In this document: piece after piece, positions 50,490-58,350 of the stretch | Layout: every line of letters begins with the position of its first letter | How positions within the stretch are numbered: position 1 is the stretch's first letter | Virus record (IMG/VR): IMGVR_UViG_3300037067_020175 | DNA: 64,000 bases | From: an uncultured virus (IMG/VR IMGVR_UViG_3300037067_020175) | Taxonomy: Duplodnaviria > Heunggongvirae > Uroviricota > Caudoviricetes | Strand: one strand, 5' to 3' | Position numbers and translations under genes: made by a program | Notes under the pieces: model-generated | What the model saw: only the letters and a program-made list of their open reading frames with translations | Told to the model about the DNA's origin: nothing | Database searches by the model: none

Positions 50490-50866
50490 TACAAAAGTTT
50501 AAGGTCTTTCGTAAGTGACGTAAGGTCGTCGAGAGCCGCGCTGCCTTCCGCAAGTGGTTCAAAACCGACAGCCGTTGTTGTTCCCGGTTCGATCTGTGTG
50601 AGACCGGCATCTACAACGATTGCACTGTTAACACCAAAGGAATGTGCCTTCTGTGTGATTTTAACCATAGTCTGGAGATCAGGGACTTTCAGGACAATCT
50701 TACGCATCCCATACTTACGCCACATCTTTGAGATGTATTCTACTCCAACATCTGCACCCATAATTGCAGCGTGAGCTACTTGCACGCATTTCTTGCCGCA
50801 ATCTATCCCAAGATCGGATCGTATGAGGATTACCTGTTTGTATTCCCTGATTTCAGATGGTTTCAT
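50489..50866 (-). CDS. pth2: Peptidyl-tRNA hydrolase Pth2
   Basis: KQVILIRSDL...GK...QVAHAA...KIVLK...VDAGLTQIEPGTTT...LKLL. Confidence 0.92.
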   Translation of the reverse strand: MKPSEIREYKQVILIRSDLGIDCGKKCVQVAHAAIMGADVGVEYISKMWRKYGMRKIVLKVPDLQTMVKITQKAHSFGVNSAIVVDAGLTQIEPGTTTAVGFEPLAEGSAALDDLTSLTKDLKLL

Positions 50867-52035
50867 TATGTATACCTCTTGATTGCGACTATTCCACCGA
50901 ATGCAGTCTCTAATATATTCCCGCTTTCGGTGTTTGTCGCGATTATCTCTACTTTTGTATCAGTTTTAGAGTATCTCGACACTTTGTCGCGATAATTGTC
51001 TACATAGGTGTTTCGATTAGAAGATATTAATACTATCGCGACACTTCCATGTTCAATCGATTCTGAAATTGTATCGATACCGTATATAGCTTTTCCAGTG
51101 TCTCTCGCAAGTTCTTTGAGGAATTCGTCGAACAGTTCTTTCTGGTGTTCCGATTCGATATCGGATATCTTACCTTTAGCCGCGCGCACAAGTTCCTGTA
51201 ATCCCGATTCGTTGGTGTAACATGTGTCGAATACACCGACGATTTTCTTCCGTAGTTCGTGGTTAAGGTAGTCTCCGCGCGCGAATTCGTCTTTGGTCAT
51301 TCCACATCCGCCTATGATGATACCTTTCAGATTTGTTCCATATTGAACAAATGTGTTGCTTGCGCGTTCACCGAGGTTCGTAAAGAACCCGTGGATTGCG
51401 ATATCCCGTAACCGTTCGAACCGTTGCGCGGATTGTCCACCCTGACTATGCTTATTTGGGACGAGAGAGTCGTATGTTCCTGAAAGACGCACAGATGCGC
51501 CTTTGAGTATTCCCCACGCAGACTCGTGCAGGTCGAGAACGATGAGACCGTATGTGTCTCCAGTATCGATTAAGTCTTCAGCATCAGATGTCGCAAATTG
51601 TGAATCGCACCGATACAGGAAAGATTTGACCGGTGATGGTGGATTGAGAAGATGATACTCGAATTCAGTGCGGTCTCCGCGCGTTATAACCTCTCCGCAG
51701 AATGCAATCAGACCGTTGTCCGGTATAATCCCAATCTGTGAGAATCTGGATATAAGTGCGTTCAGTGCGTGCTGGACGCTGGTTCTTGTCTGTTTACTCT
51801 TGATGTTGCCAGTTCCTGCAATCTCGTTCCGTAGACGGTTTGCAACATCAGAAATGCGTTTTGATCCCGGAACGTAGAGGGATATAAGTTCAGTGCCGTT
51901 CCCACGTTTCTCTTTTAAGGAAGAGATCTCACTTTTGAAAATATTTCAATTTCCGTCTTCTGTCGGTTTGATATTTCCTTCACGATCTCCTATAAGATTC
52001 TTTTCTCCTTTGAGATTTCTATCGTGTTCATCCAT
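50866..52035 (-). CDS. prf1: Archaeal peptide chain release factor 1 (aRF1) with one in-frame TGA at 51948-51946
   Basis: 1170 nt in frame from ATG 52035; GTELISLY, NIKS, YRCDS, KHSQGGQSAQRF, FGGIVA; the ORF track captures only the 3' 208 aa. Confidence 0.88.
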
Positions 52036-52070
52036 AATCATTAGTGTGTGATTGTAGTATATAAATATAA

Positions 52071-52146
52071 CGCGCACGGGGAGATTTGAACTCCCGGCAT
52101 CAGAATTAGAAGTTCTGCCTATTAGTCCAAGCTATAGTACGTGCGC
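52071..52146 (-). tRNA. tRNA-Arg(TCT)
   Basis: CAGAA CT-TCT-AA TTCTG. Confidence 0.9.
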
Positions 52147-52150
52147 TCAA

Positions 52151-52221
52151 TGCACCCAGACGGTAACGCTCCGTCGCATCTCGGATGTAAACCGAGTATT
52201 CTACTTTTAAATTACGGGTGC
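52151..52221 (-). tRNA. tRNA-Val(TAC)
   Basis: CTCGG TT-TAC-AT CCGAG; atypical T-loop AGCGTTA. Confidence 0.8.
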
Positions 52222-52225
52222 TCAA

Positions 52226-52299
52226 TGGGTGCGAGGCGATTCGAACACCTACCCCCCGGATCAAAAGTCCAGTGCTCTTCCATTTGGAGCTACGCACCC
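52226..52299 (-). tRNA. tRNA-Lys(TTT)
   Basis: CTGGA CT-TTT-GA TCCGG. Confidence 0.9.
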
Positions 52300-52302
52300 G
52301 TA

Positions 52303-52378
52303 TCTGCTGGGAGAGACTTGAACTCTCGATGAATAATAGGTCTACAGCCCATCGCAATCGCCGCTATGCCACCAGCAG
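52303..52378 (-). tRNA. tRNA-Tyr(GTA)
   Basis: ATGGG CT-GTA-GA CCTAT; C1:G72/A73, no long variable arm (archaeal type). Confidence 0.9.
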
Positions 52379-52540
52379 TCTGTGGTTATTTGTTTCTTAT
52401 CAACTGCACGAGGATGTTAATTGCACATTCGTGTTCATGCTCTCCCCACCATTCACACCGGGTTTCGCTGTCATATGGGTATCCATGATTACACTTTGAT
52501 CTTTTATATAATGGACATAGACCTTCGCCATGCATGTTGA

Positions 52541-53266
52541 CTACTTCCTGTTTGTTGGCTCAAGCCATAATTCCCCGGTTCCAAATACTGCGTATTGGAT
52601 TTTTGGGAATTCGGATAGTATATCTAATGTTTGAATTGTTGAGTATTTAAACATTTTTAACAATTCGTCTTTTTTTCTGTCCATAGATATGTTGGTTCTT
52701 AACAGTTCGACGTATCTGTCGTCGTCAAGTAGTCTCTGGATCGTCGGGTCGATCTGCATTCCCTTCATAACAGAAAATCGAAGCGCGCGGATCATACGTA
52801 AAGCATCTTCAGCAAATCTTTCGCGGGGATCTCCAACGCATCTAAGATATCTGGCTCCAATATCAGCAATCCCGTGGAATGGATCTATATATGTGAGTCC
52901 TTCTGTACACGGGTATATTTGCATGGCTATTGCGTTTACGGTAAAGTCTCTCCGTGCGAGGTCGTCATAGATTGTCCCGTGATATACCACATCTGGTCTT
53001 CGTCCGTCGGTGTATGCACCTTCGCGCCTACAGAGAACAAAGTCAGCATCTCCTGTGAATCCTTCGAGATTGTTTAGTCGTGCCCGTATGGTGAGATATT
53101 CTGGCTTTTCGAGATAGATCTTCCCGTGTCTCTTGATGAAATCTCGCATTGCCTCGTAGCTTGATGCTTCTACAGAGAAATCGATGTCTTTATTTTTAAC
53201 TCCGAGGAACTGATCGCGCACAGCACCACCAACCATATATATACCTGTAACGGACATTTTGACCAA
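52541..53266 (-). CDS. Class II (bacterial-type) tRNA nucleotidyltransferase / CCA-adding enzyme, short form
   Basis: VGGAVRD...KDIDF, DLARRDFTVNA, RFAEDALRMIRALRF. Confidence 0.88.
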   Translation of the reverse strand: MVKMSVTGIYMVGGAVRDQFLGVKNKDIDFSVEASSYEAMRDFIKRHGKIYLEKPEYLTIRARLNNLEGFTGDADFVLCRREGAYTDGRRPDVVYHGTIYDDLARRDFTVNAIAMQIYPCTEGLTYIDPFHGIADIGARYLRCVGDPRERFAEDALRMIRALRFSVMKGMQIDPTIQRLLDDDRYVELLRTNISMDRKKDELLKMFKYSTIQTLDILSEFPKIQYAVFGTGELWLEPTNRK

Positions 53267-53321
53267 CTTATACTTACTTGATGGGAAACATTAATATATC
53301 TTTGTATTTAATACTCTCACA

Positions 53322-54329
53322 TTGGAGAGTTCTATGTATTTTACACCAGAAGGGCTATATGGGAATAATGTAAGTCTTACGTATTTCAGAATGGAGGGTC
53401 AGAGGACAGACGGATACAGTTCGCCGGGAGCTGATATGGAATGTATGGTCACATTCAATGCCGGGGAGTCCGGGTGCAACATTACAACCGGGTTCTGCAA
53501 CCCCGGCGCGCAGATTGCTTGGTATGTGAATGGTGTCCTGAAACAAGATACTGTCTGGTCTGGGTATAATGGTGGTCTCGGAGGATATATCGCAACATTT
53601 CGTGTAATCGCGCCTCAGTCCGGGACAATGACGGTCACTGCGGTAAGTGCAAACACGGTAACGTTTACAATACAAGTTCTTGACGATTTTCAGGATGCCG
53701 GGATCGTATCCGTATCCAACGTTTACTGTGGGAACAGTCCATATAATAATGCAAGTTGTGACGGGTCAAATCTCATAATTTACTTTTATAGAACTCCCGT
53801 AGAAACCGGGAATGGTGTCGCATACGTCGATATTTATATGGACGGTGTTCTAAAAGTGGGGAAAGTTCCAACATCATCATCTGTCGCTGGATACGATAGT
53901 CACACAATATCGTGTCCATCGGATAACGTCTCACACACGATTCTTGTAAAAGGTAAGAACGACTCTGGAGCATCTGTTGTTCTCCCATCTGGTGGAAATC
54001 CATGTCTCACAAACCCTTGTGGAGCCGGATGCCCAGACCAGTATAAATGCGGCGTGTGTGTAAACTGTGGAAATATATGTCAGGAAGATCACTGTGCAGA
54101 AGGATGCACCGACTATTACCTGTGCGGTCAGTGTGGAAATCCACCATGTGGGACATGTACAGATCCTCCATGTGGGGTTGGGTGTCCGGATTATGGCACA
54201 TCGATTTGTGGAGGTAGTGTAAGCAGTGATATCTTCACTCAGATAACAAGATTTATTACAGAGCACCCTGCGGAATCTGCGGTTGCAGGTGTGATAGCCC
54301 TAATGCTGATAATTCCTTCGAAAAAGTAG
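53322..54329 (+). CDS. Ig-like + Cys-rich C-terminally anchored protein
   Basis: CLTNPCGAGCP...; EHPAESAVAGVIALMLIIPSKK (similar to 24156-24755). Confidence 0.75.
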   Translation: MESSMYFTPEGLYGNNVSLTYFRMEGQRTDGYSSPGADMECMVTFNAGESGCNITTGFCNPGAQIAWYVNGVLKQDTVWSGYNGGLGGYIATFRVIAPQSGTMTVTAVSANTVTFTIQVLDDFQDAGIVSVSNVYCGNSPYNNASCDGSNLIIYFYRTPVETGNGVAYVDIYMDGVLKVGKVPTSSSVAGYDSHTISCPSDNVSHTILVKGKNDSGASVVLPSGGNPCLTNPCGAGCPDQYKCGVCVNCGNICQEDHCAEGCTDYYLCGQCGNPPCGTCTDPPCGVGCPDYGTSICGGSVSSDIFTQITRFITEHPAESAVAGVIALMLIIPSKK

Positions 54330-54570
54330 AAAACGCAGTAAGTGGTATACTCGCCGGGTCGAGTTCTCCCGGCAAAATATACCGAATTAATTCCTGATAT
54401 CTTCTTTTTCTCACAATTTTGGGTTCGTTCTTAGGATCGCAGCACCACGGGCAGTCTCTTCCGGGGTGGTTAATCTGCTTATATGGGTGGTGATAAATGC
54501 CACAAACGTGGCGGGTTATTCTCAAGACTTTCGGATCGTTATAGATTCTCCGTGTGTCTGACATAATCAT
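54256..54570 (-). CDS. Hypothetical protein
   Basis: 104-aa ORF with CPWCCD; 3' overlap with the convergent gene. Confidence 0.35.
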   Translation of the reverse strand: MIMSDTRRIYNDPKVLRITRHVCGIYHHPYKQINHPGRDCPWCCDPKNEPKIVRKRRYQELIRYILPGELDPASIPLTAFSTFSKELSALGLSHLQPQIPQGAL

Positions 54571-54618
54571 GTATTTGTTTTATAAAGATTTTAAACTTCC
54601 GTGTTGTCTGACATACGT

Positions 54619-54800
54619 CTTACGGGGTACTTAGGGGGTACTTACGGGGTACTTACCGGGTCTCCGGCGTGAGCTTACTGGGTATGCTTACTGGGTAGGT
54701 AGGCAGCTTACTGGGTATTTACTCGCGAATTACTAAAAAATAAGCGAATAAATATTTATTAACTCGCATATTACTCAAAAATAAGCGAGTAAATAATTTA
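54619..54800. repeat. Iteron-like tandem repeats and two imperfect palindromes in an intergenic region
   Basis: CTTA(C/G)GGGGTA-type units x4, GCTTACTGGGTA x3, then two copies of ACTCGC..ATTACT.AAAAATAAGCGA.TAAATA. Confidence 0.8.
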
Positions 54801-54835
54801 GGAATGTTTAAATAGTCGTATTACTATCGTAATGT

Positions 54836-55045
54836 ATGGCTGAACATTGTTTATGTTATAATACTGGAACCACAAATATCCAGAGTGCGTCGTTTGAAGA
54901 AGCGGCTGTATTAGATAGTGGTGTCGCTGGAATCGCAGTGTTATCTATATATTTACTCGCCGGTGCATTTTTGGTCGGACTTGGTTTTGCGTATGGATCT
55001 AATACAGCAAATTGCTTACCCACATGTGGGAAGAGATACGGGTAA
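54836..55045 (+). CDS. Small membrane protein
   Basis: TATA box at 54808; TM segment. Confidence 0.55.
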   Translation: MAEHCLCYNTGTTNIQSASFEEAAVLDSGVAGIAVLSIYLLAGAFLVGLGFAYGSNTANCLPTCGKRYG

Positions 55046-55414
55046 CCGGTACTTGTGGAATCCTATACCATTTCTTGATTTTAATATACCAGCACAAGTT
55101 TTATTACAACAGAACTCTGTGATGCCTTTTCCGATTTGACGATTATAGTGACTACTTGTTATAGGAAAGATCGTCTCACAAATATGACAAGATATCATTC
55201 TCGTAGGTAATTTTGGGTGATGAAAGGAAGCATGTGGTTTTTTGGAAGTTATCTCTAAATTTTCTATACGATTGTCTGTTTTTATACCATTTATATGATG
55301 TACTTCTTCATTTGGATGTAACTTTCTACCAAGATATGACTCCATCACTATACGATGTTCGAGAACTGTTTCTCCATCAGATGTTACTCTCGGATATGGA
55401 TTATTTCTATCCAT
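55016..55414 (-). CDS. HNH homing endonuclease
   Basis: [12 protein letters not shown]...[16 protein letters not shown]...H. Confidence 0.88.
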   Translation of the reverse strand: MDRNNPYPRVTSDGETVLEHRIVMESYLGRKLHPNEEVHHINGIKTDNRIENLEITSKKPHASFHHPKLPTRMISCHICETIFPITSSHYNRQIGKGITEFCCNKTCAGILKSRNGIGFHKYRLPVSLPTCG

Positions 55415-55445
55415 GTATATATTTTTATATCTAATTCTATTTAAA

Positions 55446-55519
55446 TGCTCCCGATGGGATTCGAACCCATGCCGAAAGGTTGAAAGCCTCTCATCGCTTG
55501 ACCGCTAGACTACGGGAGC
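55446..55519 (-). tRNA. tRNA-Glu(TTC)
   Basis: AGAGG CT-TTC-AA CCTTT. Confidence 0.9.
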
Positions 55520-55522
55520 CAA

Positions 55523-55593
55523 TTCTCGTAGGGTGAATCGAACACCCGTCTCGCCCTTATAAGGAGCGCCCACTGCCATTGTGGTATACGAGA
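55523..55593 (-). tRNA. tRNA-Ile(TAT)
   Basis: CGCTC CT-TAT-AA GGGCG; acceptor TCTCGTA/TACGAGA. Confidence 0.85.
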
Positions 55594-55595
55594 GA

Positions 55596-55667
55596 TGCGA
55601 CTACCGGAACTTGCATCCGATCTTCCTGCATGGCAAGCAGGTATCATACTACATCGATCATAGTCGC
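55596..55667 (-). tRNA. tRNA-Gly(GCC)
   Basis: CCTGC TT-GCC-AT GCAGG. Confidence 0.8.
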
Positions 55668-55670
55668 TCA

Positions 55671-55742
55671 TTCGCCCACGAGGATTCGAACCTCGGTAAC
55701 GGCTGTATCAGAACCGGAGACTAACCACTGTCCTATAGGCGA
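55671..55742 (-). tRNA. tRNA-Ile(GAT)
   Basis: CGGTT CT-GAT-AC AGCCG. Confidence 0.85.
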
Positions 55743-55745
55743 TCA

Positions 55746-55816
55746 TACACCCAGACGGTATCGCGCCGTCTTCTCCTGAATGTCAATCAGGTATTCTACT
55801 TTTGAATTATGGGTGT
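55746..55816 (-). tRNA. tRNA-Val(GAC)
   Basis: CCTGA TT-GAC-AT TCAGG; T-loop CGCGATA. Confidence 0.8.
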
Positions 55817-55820
55817 TCAG

Positions 55821-56054
55821 AGGGCTCGGTGGGGATCGAACCCACTACTTCCAGTTTTCCGGAGTGTAATCGCACGACATACGAGACTGGAGGCAGGACT
55901 TTACTGCATTTACCCACACTTTATTTTCCGTTATTGTCTCGAATCAGGGGAGTTTCAAGGTTCCCTGAGCCACATGCAGGTGGTTTTGAGATCACTCGTA
56001 TGCCGCGCGATTACCTTTACAGGACTGGCGCAGTTCCATTACTGCTCCGAACCC
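55821..56054 (-). ncRNA. tRNA-like RNA (possibly tRNA-Thr(TGT)) with a 161-nt structured insert in the anticodon loop (55857-56017)
   Basis: Acceptor GGGTTCG/CGAGCCC+U73, D stem GCAG/CTGC, anticodon stem CCAGT/ACTGG, T-loop TTCGAT; insert closed by a 20-bp helix. Confidence 0.75.
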
Positions 56055-56088
56055 TTAAATTCTCGTTGCTGGCTTAATTTCCAGCTCA

Positions 56089-56163
56089 TGCACCCGTTCG
56101 GACTCGAACCGAAACAGTTAACCGGTCTTCAGCCGGTCGCGCTCCCAATTGTGCCACGGGTGC
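56089..56163 (-). tRNA. tRNA-Phe(GAA)
   Basis: ACCGG CT-GAA-GA CCGGT. Confidence 0.9.
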
Positions 56164-56325
56164 GGTTAAAATTTCCTCATTATTGGAAGGTTAATTCCCG
56201 AATTCTTCTTCGGTGAAAAAAGTTCGGGTGCCTTCACTAAACGTTTCCCACGTCTCGCGACCTGTTATAATAACACCCGATAATGTCATACTTACCTGTT
56301 GATTCTGAATATATTTAAAGGTTTG

Positions 56326-57636
56326 TTATTCTCCTTGCGATTCCTCGATGTCTACAGACTCCGGGTCGAGCTTGATTATATCTTCCAAAACTTTGAACTG
56401 GAAACTCTTGTACTTCCAGACCTGCCACTTTGAACCATCCGCGCGCACGACAACTCCCTCTCTGATATGCTTGTCGCAGAGTGTGGAATCTCCATTCACA
56501 TGGTGGTCGTCGAGGTAGTGCAGGAGTTGTGTTGCGTTTGCGTTCTCTCCTTCTCCGGTGCCAAGTCTGAACAGGGTTCTACCGAGCTCAGGGACGTGCT
56601 TAACATCCATCTCCGCGCACCGGTGCTTCACCATGTCCCATGAGTAGTCTACTTCGTCTCCTTCATCGTTGGTGATGGTCATGCGGTAGACATAGACATC
56701 GTGGACACCCTGACCGCAACCATACGTGAAGTGAGTGGTCTTCCCATACTTCTTCACGAATTCCTTGTCCTGAAGCTTGGTGTTGTCAGCCGAAGGCATG
56801 ATGGGAGTGTGCTCAGCCGCGTATCCTACCACTTCGTAGTATACTGTTTCTCCCTTGCGGAGTTTGCCGACAAACCGGTTGTGCGCGCATTCCCGGTATT
56901 TCTCGTTGTCTCCGTAGAATCCACGGTAAGTTGCGAAATCCTTGATCACAACCCGGCGTGTGCCACCGACATACTTGTAGTTTCTGACCGGATTGATTAT
57001 GGTTCTTTTCAGGAGTCCGTTGATAATGCGTCCATACCACGCGTGCTTCTCTTCAATAGAGTTGCTGGTGCGCTGAGATGTTCCATGAACCTTCTCGGTT
57101 ATGATCAGGAACATTCCGTCCTTGAGTTCATCGAGACGGTATGCAAGCTGCTGAGTATCGGGCATCTCGTAGAACATTGGGAACTTGATCTTTTCTACGA
57201 ATTCTTTCTTCTGTGAGCGCGCATTCTGCGTCTTTGTATTCACGAACTTCTCACAGATCTTGTGACCGTTGAACTCTGTGAATGCAAGTCCGATTTCGAG
57301 TTTGTAGATGTCTATTCCCGTATATGACACACTTTCGAGTGAACAGAAGTATCCATCGCTCTTTTCCTTGCGGATTTTCTGCGTGCGTACTTTTCCATTT
57401 GGGTCGAAAAGTCCTCCTATGTTCTTACCGTCTACTACATTGCGCACGAGGTTGTTTACCCGCAGGTATTCCTCCGATAGTCTGCCATCGGCTGGAAAGT
57501 AAATTCCCACATCGTTCTCTTTGACATCGAGACCGACTACGACTTGGTTTCCGAAGCACTCACCAAGTAAAAGGCTGTGTGCGTCCGGGTGCTTTCTCAC
57601 GTTTGTGATTCTTGTTACAAATGCTGTGTATGCCAA
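56326..57636 (-). CDS. RNA ligase, DRB0094/Rnl2-like family with N-terminal OB-like domain
   Basis: ITEKVHGTS (motif I), VYYE, REGVVVR, WKYKS; N-term KHPDAHSL..GIYFPADG. Confidence 0.85.
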   Translation of the reverse strand: MAYTAFVTRITNVRKHPDAHSLLLGECFGNQVVVGLDVKENDVGIYFPADGRLSEEYLRVNNLVRNVVDGKNIGGLFDPNGKVRTQKIRKEKSDGYFCSLESVSYTGIDIYKLEIGLAFTEFNGHKICEKFVNTKTQNARSQKKEFVEKIKFPMFYEMPDTQQLAYRLDELKDGMFLIITEKVHGTSQRTSNSIEEKHAWYGRIINGLLKRTIINPVRNYKYVGGTRRVVIKDFATYRGFYGDNEKYRECAHNRFVGKLRKGETVYYEVVGYAAEHTPIMPSADNTKLQDKEFVKKYGKTTHFTYGCGQGVHDVYVYRMTITNDEGDEVDYSWDMVKHRCAEMDVKHVPELGRTLFRLGTGEGENANATQLLHYLDDHHVNGDSTLCDKHIREGVVVRADGSKWQVWKYKSFQFKVLEDIIKLDPESVDIEESQGE

Positions 57637-57656
57637 CGATTTTCACCTCGTTTGGA

Positions 57657-57727
57657 CGGGCTCAACGGGGATCGAACCCGCGAGAAGGGATTAAGAGTCC
57701 CTCATGTTACCTCTACATCATGAACCC
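57657..57727 (-). tRNA. tRNA-Lys(CTT)
   Basis: AGGGA CT-CTT-AA TCCCT. Confidence 0.9.
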
Positions 57728-57730
57728 TGA

Positions 57731-57802
57731 TACGACTACCGGGAGTTGCACCCGGACTCAAAGGCTGAGAACCTCTGTTCCTTACTGTTAGATTATAGTC
57801 GC
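57731..57802 (-). tRNA. tRNA-Glu(CTC)
   Basis: AGAGG TT-CTC-AG CCTTT. Confidence 0.85.
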
Positions 57803-57813
57803 GCATTTTTCTA

Positions 57814-57886
57814 CAGGCGCGCCGGGAGTTGCACCCGGATCGTTTGGTTCGAAGCCGAACAGGATTATCTGCTACCCCACGCACCT
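57814..57886 (-). tRNA. tRNA-Arg(TCG)
   Basis: TTCGG CT-TCG-AA CCAAA. Confidence 0.85.
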
Positions 57887-57894
57887 ACTTTGTT

Positions 57895-58102
57895 ATTATG
57901 ACGGAAGTTTTTGTACAAGTCCGTTCGTTTCCCTCCCGCGCGGGTGACTAGCCCTCCGCGTTCCACGGGAACACCGATGTGGGGTAATGAGCCCCGGTTG
58001 GCTTCACACTCAGACCTTTTCTTTCCGGGTAGCGACGAGTTGCACGCGCGCCACCAACCTACCGCGAATCGACATCGATACTACAGGTTTCGAACCCTGT
58101 AA
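57895..58102 (-). ncRNA. Unassigned structured RNA within the tRNA operon
   Basis: GC-rich; stems TACAGG/CCTGTA, TATCGATGT/ACATCGGTG, GGTTGG/CCAACC, GGTGGCG/CGCTACC. Confidence 0.5.
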
Positions 58103-58103
58103 A

Positions 58104-58177
58104 TGGACAGAGCGGGATTTGAACCCGCAGCCGCCGATTTGCAAAACCGGAAATCTGCCAATTGGATCTATCTGCCC
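58104..58177 (-). tRNA. tRNA-Ala(TGC)
   Basis: CCGGT TT-TGC-AA ATCGG; G3.U70. Confidence 0.9.
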
Positions 58178-58199
58178 AATATTAACGCGCCGAAGCGCA

Positions 58200-58271
58200 C
58201 GGACACACCGGGTACTGCCCCCGGATCTGCTGAGTGACAGTCAGCCATACTTACTTCTATACTATGCGTCC
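58200..58271 (-). tRNA. tRNA-Asp(GTC)
   Basis: GCTGA CT-GTC-AC TCAGC; G73. Confidence 0.85.
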
Positions 58272-58275
58272 AAAG

Positions 58276-58349
58276 GGTATCAGGTGGGATTCGCACCCAT
58301 CTCTGCGAGATTCACAGTCTCGTGTGCTGCTGACTACACTACCGACACC
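58276..58349 (-). tRNA. tRNA-His(GTG) with encoded G-1
   Basis: CGAGA CT-GTG-AA TCTCG; G-1:C73. Confidence 0.88.
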
Positions 58350-58350
58350 A

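Noticed and set aside
50866..51492. aRF1 as a 208-aa N-truncated protein or pseudogene (ORF-track call)
   Set aside because: The N domain with NIKS and YxCxxxF is intact and in frame upstream with no other lesions.
54619..54800. CRISPR array
   Set aside because: Repeats are 11-12 bp, contiguous, and lack unique spacers; no cas operon is present.
55857..56017. Group I intron or box C/D guide in the tRNA insert
   Set aside because: CTCAGGGAACC resembles P4, but no proper P7 (GACUA/UAGUC) or P1 is evident; box C/D motifs are only partial.
55821..56054. Canonical tmRNA, tRNA-Pyl or tRNA-Sec
   Set aside because: No G3.U70 pair, a paired D stem is present, there is no convincing tag ORF or SmpB, and no CUA or UCA anticodon.
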